49,248 nucleotides of DNA from positions 1 through 49,248 of the forward strand of contig NGBS01000916.1 of the NCBI GenBank assembly GCA_002245135.1. The letters run 5' to 3'. Made by a program: the position numbers and the translations under genes. The notes beneath the pieces were generated by a model that made no database searches, was not told the origin of the DNA, and saw nothing but the letters and a program-made list of their open reading frames with translations. Positions 40,104 through 49,248 of this stretch are shown piece after piece. This DNA comes from Proteromonas lacertae. Taxonomy: Eukaryota. Within the stretch, counting starts at the first letter, position 1. Each line of letters begins with the position of its first letter.

Positions 40104-40531
40104 TTAATTAATATCCATAATGCCAATAGTTTCTTAAATTCTTAAACAATGAGATTTAGACCACTCATAATCCATTTCATCGCTATTTACTTCATCTCTA
40201 AAGACATTAGGTATTGGCATAGTGTCAGTAGGTAATTCCAAATAGAAATTTAATCTTCCATCTTGCGGTAATAACTTATTTTCCAACCAACATTTCTTAT
40301 ACACTTTGTATTATAAAAGATATAAATTTTCATATCATATTCCTGTGATAATTGATATAACTCTCCAGGTAACATAATCATCCATGTAACTGTACAACTA
40401 TGTTCAGCAATGATAAATCTTAAATGATAACGCTTATTATCTTCATCTAATGAAGGTATAACATATAATGAATCTATCGTTCTCAACTGGTGTCTACTAA
40501 ATTCGTTGTTGTTGTTGCTGCTGCTGTTCAT
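40104..40531 (-). pseudogene. Frameshifted hypothetical protein, probable distant paralogue of 39548-39952
   Basis: After YYRK (~40262) another frame continues DGRLNFYLELPTDTMPIPNVFRDEVNSDEMDYEWSKSHCLRI*ETIGIMDIN*. Confidence 0.55.
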
Positions 40532-40895
40532 ATTCTATAAATTATAATAATTAGATAAATTAGATAAATTATAGATTATATACTTTATAATGATTTAAAG
40601 AATCTATAAAAATGACTATAAAATGTAACGAATTTCTATAAATTTCTCTAATTTTATTGGCTGATGAATTGCATTTCGGTTGGCATTTCAAAAAAAAAAA
40701 TTTAAATTTTATTTTTTTTCGTTAAATAGCCGTTACATTGGCATTTTCGTTTTAGAAAATTCGTTTTAAAGAATATTTTATAAAGTAAAACATATTATTT
40801 TATGATATTACATTTATTTTATATTTATATAGAAGAATCAACACAACTATCATCACCACGACCCTGTTGGGATAAAAAAAGAAACTTATTTAAGG

Positions 40896-40928
<33 letters not shown>

Positions 40929-40929
<1 letters not shown>

Positions 40930-41500
40930 TAGATACAGAGAGAAACAGGAAAGAAGGAATTAAAATGTGTTCCAAAAGTATTAAGAGATGGTAATGTTAT
41001 AATATCCTCATCTTCTTGAGTTGATTCATCATCATCAATTATTTGTATTTTTGATCTATGATTAATATGTATAGGTTGGTTATCATCATCATCATCTTGT
41101 TCTTGTTTCTTTTCTTCAACAGTAGGTATTGGTAGTGATGATGATGATGTTGTTTCTGGCATTAGTTCATTATCATCACTATCTTCATCAACTAAAGAAA
41201 CATCTATCTTGTTATCTATATTAAACTGCGCTTCTAGACCTCTTATAATAAAATTGTAATCATAATTCTTTGAATTATGATCAAGAATAGGTATAGGTAA
41301 ATGTTGAATACTACAGTGCCAATTGCAATTTGAACATATGGTAGCTATATATCTACCTGTAAAATGGTCATGATGTATTGTCCTTCTTTTATTTCTATTA
41401 GATTCATTTAATATGTCTCCACAATAAGCACATTTGATTTGTTTCTCATGTAACAACAATGATTGATCTGTGGATAAAGTAGCAAAACAATAGTTATCTA
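40929..41500 (-). pseudogene. Fragment of Polinton-type protein-primed DNA polymerase B (EndoVII-like Zn motif plus ExoII region)
   Basis: CAYC...HHDHFTGRYIATICSNCN...IPILDHNSKNYDYNFIIRGL matches the C..C / DH.H.TG.Y.G..C..CN / IPV..HN...YD.H.I pattern. Truncated at both ends. Confidence 0.75.
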
Positions 41501-42008
41501 GTATAATAATTATGTAATTTCTTTCCTGGTGGAGCTAAAAATGCTTCTAGCTTAATGATAGTCATATAATGACATTGTGAGAGAGCAATATGTGATTGTG
41601 AGGGACATGCTGGTTTAGAATTACCAATTGGCGAAGAGTGTTTACCACGTGTGAAATTCAATAAAAATTATTAAAGAATCTCTAACTTATTGTAGACGTT
41701 AGTAATAGAGCGGAAGATGCTATAGAATTATGTTTGAAAGATACTGTTCCGCGCTCCACAGTAAAAGTTGAAGTTCATAACGTGTATCCTTGTCTTTATA
41801 AATTTGTGGGAGTAATATCAAAAAGAGATTACTATAGACCGTAATTAATAATTAATTATAACTACTATTATAATTATAATTACTTCTTATTATTTCTTTT
41901 CTTTCTTGATTAAAATTCTTTAAAAATCGATTATACTCTTTATCTGAAGTATCTTTTTGGTTGTCTGACATACTTGAATATAATAATAATATGATATAAT
42001 TTAAAAAA

Positions 42009-42210
42009 AATGGATTCTATCAAATATATAAATCTTTTTGTGAAACGGATATATATAATACAGTCAATTTCCCTCCAACGTCATCAAAAATTGAAAAGAA
42101 CGTTTGTTGTTCCCCGTATGGCGGAACTCTATATTGCAGAATGATTCAATCAAAACTAATATGATATTCATGATGTTCGGAGTTAGTTATTTACAAATAT
42201 ATAGTTAGTT
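42009..42210 (+). pseudogene. Possible Vps16 N-terminal fragment
   Basis: SFCETDIYNTVNF...VCCSPYGGTL and, in another frame, YLQIYS resemble Vps16 FYRK.ELY...APYGGPIA...IYS. Stops present and similarity is weak. Confidence 0.3.
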
Positions 42211-42325
42211 TGTCATATGACCTACATCTGTGATATACTTTTTTATGAACTTCATTATTATCAATATTAAACTAATTTTTGTATATTTTCTATTATAATA
42301 TATCAGTGACTACTACAGTCTAAAA

Positions 42326-42488
42326 TACATTATCTGATATAAATAGAATACATTATTTTTAATGTTGATGTAATAAAAAAGGAAATTAAAGAGCAGGCTT
42401 GAGTGAGGCTTGAACTTCTTTTTTCTTTTTTCTTTTTTAACAGCCTTAACATTAAAAATAATGAATTCTATTTATATCAGATAATGTA
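42326..42488. mobile_element. MITE-like element, 163 bp, with 41-bp inverted repeats (1 mismatch); outer TA may be the target-site duplication
   Basis: 42326-42366 TACATTATCTGATATAAATAGAATACATTATTTTTAATGTT is the reverse complement of 42448-42488 except at one base. Confidence 0.75.
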
Positions 42489-45400
42489 GTGATCATTTTG
42501 AATTTGCATTAAAAGGAGCAACTAATAATGTGGTATTAACAATAAAAGTACATGTAGTTGGTCCAACATTCTTCTTTAATAAGAATAAACTAGATTTTGG
42601 TATTGTAAGTTATGCGTTTTTTAACTCAACTGATTTGATATTAAGAAATACTTCCTCTGTTCCATTTATATTCAATTTACGAGTTCCTCAAGATGGTAAT
42701 TACTTAAACAAAGAATTCGAAATAATTCAAGCAGTAGCAACAGTATTACCAGAAGGAGAAGAGAAAATCAAAATCAATTTCATATCTCAAACAATAAAAG
42801 TATATGATTATTGTTCAGCAATTGATATTGAAAGTGTAGGTGAAGCTTTATTAACAATTCCAATAAGTGCTGAATGTCGAGTAGCTGAAGTAGAATTATT
42901 AGAAGAATCATTGAAATATGGAGATTGTTTTTTAAGATATACTTATTATCGAACTTTAACATTAAAGAATAAATCCAATTTATATGCTCAATTTGAAAAC
43001 AGAACAAGATAAAAGAAGTATATAGATTGGTAGTTATTTCCCTGATCCAGTTAAAGGCGTAATTTGTCCAATGGCAACTCAAATGATTAAAGTTTAATTA
43101 AATCCTGAGAAATTAGGTGATATGAGAATTCCATTATATATTCAAATAATTGGTAGTCAATATCCTCCATTGGTATTAGTATTAGAAGCAAATGGACTTG
43201 GACCAGTGATAAAGTCAAATTTAAATCATATAAAATTTGGTGATATAACTTGTTTAGATACTCATACAAAAGAATTTACAATAACTAATCCAACTTCAAT
43301 TCCAGCTTTTTATAAATTAGATTTTGAACGAGGATTTTATTTTAATATTGATATAGTTGATGGTATATTACAAAGTAAAGAATCTCAAAAAAGATAGTAG
43401 TTAGTTGCATGTTGGAAGATGTATTAGTTTATAAAGATACAATATACATAGCAGCAACTGAAGGAGATAGCGCAAATCTTCCAGTTACAGCTAAATGTAT
43501 AATAACAACAATATTTTGAGAAGATCCAGTAGATGTAATTGATTTTGGTGATCAATTCACAAACAGAACAATCGAAAGAGATTTTTTTATTAGAAAATCG
43601 AGGTTTAAGAAGTCAAAGATTAATTTGGATAAATCAAACAGCAGTAGAAAAAGAAAAATCTTTTAAAGCCAATAAATCAAAGATGGAAAGTGAAATGAAT
43701 TCAAACCTTATGAAGCTATATTTACAATAACTCCCAATGCAATCGAATTAAAACCCAATACTACTTGAAATTTTGTAACATCTGGAAGTTATGAAAAAAC
43801 CCTGTGAAGTGATGAAAATGTTTTCTTGTTTGAGGAAATTTGATGGAGAAATAAGAAATAATGAAGCAAAAGAAACCGAAGTAAAAGTGAACTTTATGAA
43901 TCCATTAATTCAATGCTTAGAAAAGAAAATCGAAGTTCAAAGTAAGACAGTTGTATTTAAGAATATATCAACATTGAGTTTAGATGCGATAATAAGTATA
44001 GCAGCTCCATTATTATTGAGTATGAATGAATTCCATTTAGAACCAAATGAATCAATGAATGTGACAGTGGAATTTGATCCAAATTATAAAGATGATAAAA
44101 TCTCATGTAAAATAAATGGAATATTGAATATAAGATATGAAGATCATCCTCAGAAAGATTCAATTCCATGTGTAGCTGATGTTGCCTTTCCCAATTTATG
44201 GTTATCTCAAAATGATTTTGATTTTGAACTGAAAATCGTCGAACAATTCCTTGTCCTTATCATTGGGAATTAGAAATAGATGAAACTGAAAATCAAACAT
44301 CTTCAATCAATGAAGTATTTGAAATCACTCCAATTCAAGGTATTTTACAACTAGGTGAATGTGAAGAAATGGAATTGAGATATTCTGGAATACCACATGT
44401 ATTATCAAGAGCATTGGGTAAATGTTATGTAGATGGAGGACCAGTTTATAATATCAAAATGAAAGGTGAAAGTTCAGTCTTATCTTATAGATTGGATAAA
44501 CAAAATATTGATTTTGGTAGAATTCCTTATATGAAAGTAAAAGAAAGAGATTTTCATATATTTAATACAGGTTCAGTAGATTTTCCATTTAAAATCTCAA
44601 CTGATAGTGTATCTCGACCTGGTTTAGTTGGTGTTTCACCATGTAATGGATTAATTCCATCTCATGATCAACAAAGAATCTCTGTTAAAATGAGAGTAGG
44701 AATTCCAGATTCAGTAATAGAGAAATTAGTAATAGAAATAGCTCATTATGTTCCAATAGATTTTCTACTTTATATAACAGGTATTTATGCAAATATCAAA
44801 GTGAATGATGCTGAATTGGTAATACCAGATAATTGGGAATATTACTTAGAAGAAGCTGATAGATTGATTGAATTATCCAATACAGAACATCCATTATCAT
44901 TCCAAGCTTTACCATCACCAATCAAACAACAACCATCTTTACCTGAAGTAGTAGAATCTTCAATAGATGAAAGTAATAATAACACTATTATAAATACTGA
45001 AGGAGGAAAAAACAACAATAAAAACCAGAACAACCGTCAACAGAAGAAGAAAAAGAAAAACCAGTTGAAGCTGAAAAGCCAATAATTGTAGATGGAGTTC
45101 CAGTTAATTCACCACATAGTGAAGAACCAACAATAGCAAATACAAATGCAGAAGAAGAAAAATCTAAAGAAAAAGAAAAAGATGAAAACAAAAAAAAGTA
45201 TTCTGCAAGAGTAAATAGTCAAAAATCAGTTTCTGACAGAAGTAAGAATTCACAACAGAATGATAAATACGAACAAATACGAACAAATTACCTTCAGGAA
45301 AGAATACAACAGGATTACAAATCACAGTTGATAGAGAATTTAAAGCATTAAGATTATATTATATTGATTTATTATTAGATGAAATAAACAATCAAAATCC

Positions 45401-46815
45401 TGTTGATTTATGTTTAGCTCGAAAGAGAAAGAATTAAATGGAACATCTGTAAATGGTTCAAAAAGTGAAGGAGTAGTTGATAAAACCACAAAAACACCTG
45501 AAACTGGTTTAACAAATATCAGTAATAAAACAGGCAAAAACAACAAAAATGGCGAATAAGAAAATAATCTAATTTACATTTAGGTGAATTTCCATTAGCT
45601 GATTATGTAGTAGATTTTGGTAATGTAGTTCGAATTGATTGCAAAACGAAGACATTTACAATAACTAACATAGGTAATTTACCAGTGAATTTCGGAATAG
45701 AAAGAAGAACTTTAAAAGAGAGTGGATATACATTAACTCCAGATGAAGTGAAAAGATTACCAGAAAGTTCAACAGTGACATTTACAGCTAGTTTTAAAGC
45801 GAAATCTGATTTACCCGTATGGAAGATATGATTTAGCAATTCCAATCAAAGTACAAGGAGTACCAACTTATTGTATAATATAAAGATTATAATGTAATTC
45901 AAACTGAAGTAAGAGATGTAGGTGATAAATTGGCAGCGGAATTACCACCACCTGAAGAACCAGAACCAGTAGTAGAAGAAAGATCAGCTTTACCTGATCC
46001 AAAGAAAGGAGGAAAAAGAAGTAAATCAATTGATAAGAAAGGAGATAAAAAACTCATAGAAAGGGTAAAAAAGAAAAACCACCACCACCTCCTCCTCCAC
46101 CATTTGGAGTTGGTTTATTATGTGATATAATCAATAAACAATGGTGAAAGTGATATTGATATAATGATTCAAGAAATCAAAGAAACAGTTCCATTGTTTA
46201 ATACATATGGAGATTGGAAAGTTCCACCTCCAGTAGTATTCCAATTAGTTAAGAAGCAAATTCCAAGAAAACCCTTAATATCAACAAGTAATTATAAATT
46301 AATAGATGAAAATAATGCCACAAGATGGAAATTAGAACCTGATGAAGAATTGCCATTAAAAGTGACATTTGAATAATTAGAAACTGATAAATTTAACTAT
46401 TGTTTCCACTTTGAGATAGTTAATAAAGATAAAACGTATGAAGTTCCAATCAGTGGTATTTGTGATTATCCAAAAATTAATCAAAATCCGAAAGATATAT
46501 TTATGAAATCAATAAAACAAAAGAATGAACAACAAATAATAAGTAAGAGATAAATAAAGAACAAAGGATATTATGAATTTTGGTCAATTATTAATAGGCA
46601 AAAACATAAATATGAGAGAAAACAATCCATCTTTAAAACCTAGTAATTGTGAAACAATTCAATTCAGTAATAATGGAATGTTTTCTACAACAGTTGATTT
46701 GTCAATTAAAAATGATGATGGAATATTCACAATAGAACCAACCCAAATCGATATTGAAGCAGGTGAAACTCAAACAGTAGATACTGGGGCATTTCCAGTA
46801 GAAAATATTCAATAA
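42489..46815 (+). pseudogene. HYDIN: HYDIN (ciliary central-pair protein) pseudogene fragment
   Basis: VVGPTFFFNKNKLDFGIVSY...LRNTSSVPFIFNLRVPQDG, YGDCFLRY, YEDHPQKD, VDGGPVY..MKGESS, YVVDFGNV and repeated ASH-like DFG...N motifs. Many in-frame stops and frameshifts. Confidence 0.85.
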
Positions 46816-47689
46816 ACAAAAGTTGAATGAAAAGATAGAAGAATTTTTAAATACTGAGATGTTATTCAAAACTACCCATTACTCCATATCCCATATTTAT
46901 ACAATTTATAAACGTATAAGAGACAATGTTTATGAAAATTCTAGTATATTATGAAGTGATTGATAATTTTCAAAGAGAGTTTAATATTAATTCAAAACTT
47001 TAAAGATAATTGCAATAACCAAGACATTTACATTAGATAATATCTTTATAATGAATTTAGCAAGATTTGAAGATCAATATGATGAGATAGTAGTTGGGTG
47101 CCCAAGATGAAGCAAAGATTGAAAATATGATATGAGAAAGAAAAGAAATTAAATGAAAAATACAAATAAAAAAATGAAAGTGGAATAGTGTTGATAATGG
47201 TTTTAGAAGAATTATAGTAGAATAAGATGATAATTATTCTTTCTTCTTCTAGAAATATTATTACCAAATTGATGAAAAATACATTTTCAATAATCAGAAT
47301 TTATATAAATAAAAAGAATTATTGGTAAATTGTATTGAATGATTACTATAATAATACAACACATATAACAATTGTAATGAATAATTGGTAAATTATTACA
47401 TTGGTATAATTTAAAATAGTCAAAAGAAAAGAAAAAAGAAGATATATTTTTATATATATTGTTACACTTACATCTTAAATAATGAATCATTTTTTTTGGG
47501 GAGGTAAGAGTATTATAAAATAACACAGTAAAATATCTATAAAAGCTATTCTACTACTATAATTTCTATAAATATATATCATTCTATCTATTCCTATTAT
47601 AATCTCTATCATAGGTCTGACATTCTAAATCTAGAAAGCGTCATAAAGAGCGATCATAAAACTCTTTATTATGAGAAGATAAAGGTGTT

Positions 47690-49248
47690 ACTGGCAAAAA
47701 ATGACCAACCAGAGAAGGTGGGTAAAGGCCGAAGGGAAAGAACAATAAAAGACACGAGATTGTGCAGCTTTTGATAAGAATAAGTACAAGTTCTTTCATG
47801 ATTTAGCTGGAACTTCAGCCAATAGAGGCTATTACACTTGCGATGAATCTACAGGTAAACTGTATTTTAAAGGAAGAGAAGTCATTAAATTGGAAGATTC
47901 ATTCGACTTCTTAGACCAAGTTACATAGAGATAATGCCCATTGTAAAGAATCATCTTTAAGAGATGTAATTAATGATCCAGTTCATGGTTATTATGGTAT
48001 TAACAGAAAGATGATTAGAGCTTATTTGACAACCCTGCTATGATTGTATTAAACTTAAGGAGGCTAAAAGAGTACAACCAACACATCCTATTGTTGTTAC
48101 AAGACCTAGAGAAAGAGTTTGATTGATCTTGTAGAAATGGACAATTGTAATGAAGATTACACGAACATAAAAGAAGAAGATCTCTACCATTATATCTTAA
48201 CTGTCATCGACCATTATTCTAATTTTATCATGTTATATGCCAGAAACGCAAAACAGATAAAGAAACAGTGAAAAATGTACAATCTTTTATAAGAATCTTT
48301 GGTCCTCCTGAAATTATGCAGATGGATAATGGTAAAGAATTCAAAAATGCTTTAATGAAAGATATGCTTAGTAAATATGGTATTATAATTGCGCATAGCA
48401 AGCCAAGACACCCACAGTGCAATGGTAAAGTGGAGAGATATAATAGATTCATTAAAGAAAAGATAGCAGCTATGAAGGTTGATAATCCTGATGTTTATTG
48501 GACTGAATACTTGGAAAGAATAACAGAAATAATTAATAATCATAGATGCAGAAGAACAAATTGTAAAGGAAGATCCTTATTCTTTATGGACATGAAAGAG
48601 TTGATGATTCAGAATAAGAAGTTTAAACCAGATTATACTAATATAGAAGGTGATAATAATGATGGTAATGATGACAGTGATGGCGAAGAAGTTAAAGCAG
48701 ACAGTGAATATGAAGAAGAAGAAGGTGCTAATGGCGTTAATGGCAATAATGGTGGTTCTGATCATGTTATAGATGTAGATGAAGATGGTAATGATAGCGA
48801 TAATAGTGATGATGGTGGTAATAGTGGTAATGGTGAAGTAACAATAATGGAAGAAGAAGATTATAAAGATAGAATCAAAAAAGATATAACACAAAATGGA
48901 AATATCATAGAACAGTTTCAAGATTATATAGACGAAAGAAACTTCAATTATAATAACAAAATGAGAGATGATTCCATTAAGAAATTAGGAAATAAACTAG
49001 TTAATCCAGAACATGGAGATGTGGTTATTACAGCTGTGAAAAGAAAGATGTGCCAAGATGAAAAGAGTCTAGCATTAGTTAGAGATGATAAAGTTAATAA
49101 AAAGCAATATTTAGTGTATATTATTAAATTATTACTATCTAATGAATAGAAATGAAAACATGCAAATTCCATTAGTATCATCTACACTTTAATAAAGCTT
49201 GAAGTTTCATCAGAATTATTAGAGAATATGAAGAAAACAGCAGACAAA
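47690..49248 (+). mobile_element. Disrupted retroviral-type (rve) DD35E integrase, Ginger/KRBA2/Polinton c-integrase-like
   Basis: YYGINRKMIRAYL..C.DC, PIVVTRPRER, IDLVEM, YHYILTVIDHYS, GPPEIMQMDNGKEF, PRHPQCNGKVERYN. 35 residues between D and E. Frameshifts near 48120 and 48250. Confidence 0.82.

Larger units (their letters stand above)
39362..41500 (-). mobile_element. Degraded Polinton/Maverick-like (or related DNA virus) remnant
   Basis: PolB-associated fragment, two intronless orphan ORFs, repeated regulatory-like motifs, and an abrupt start (AGTACT...) after a TA run. No second terminus found, so boundaries are uncertain. Confidence 0.55.

Noticed and set aside
41582..41680. dUTPase call from GHAGLEL
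   Set aside because: Only one loose motif; the other dUTPase motifs are absent.
42489..46815. Stop-codon reassignment or micro-introns explaining the HYDIN breaks
   Set aside because: All three stop types and frameshifts occur, the breaks I examined lack GTAT...TAG introns, and intact genes have no internal stops and end in TAA or TAG.
46816..47459. ORFs 47046-47267 and 47287-47526
   Set aside because: Low-complexity AT-rich translations with no support; the region is unassigned.
39362..49248. One intact Polinton spanning PolB to integrase
   Set aside because: No capsid, ATPase or protease recognised, no second TIR, host pseudogenes intervene, and both genes are broken.

Overview
AT-rich, very compact eukaryotic nuclear DNA in the standard code. 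I reconstructed 27 micro-introns of 27-49 nt by hand. The style suggests a Blastocystis/Opalinata-like stramenopile, which is inference only. 1-11.9 kb: a giant coiled-coil gene built from about 24 near-identical 435-bp repeats, running off the window edge. 12.3-39.1 kb: a dense block of genes for a YANK/STK32 kinase, GCP3, two LRR proteins, pICln, a 4361-aa divergent dynein heavy chain, mitochondrial MetRS, MTO1, nicolin-1 and a stand-alone BPL_N protein. 39.4-49.2 kb: a decayed region with a Polinton-type PolB fragment, two orphan paralogous ORFs sharing flanking motifs, a MITE, a HYDIN pseudogene and a broken DD35E integrase. Highlights: a 49-nt AT-AC (U12-type) intron in pICln; an intact dynein whose catalytic AAA1 Walker motifs are destroyed, near a HYDIN pseudogene; a recurrent TCAAGCTTT motif upstream of start codons; and the modular virus-like cassette. 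All family calls come from recalled motifs. No searches were run.
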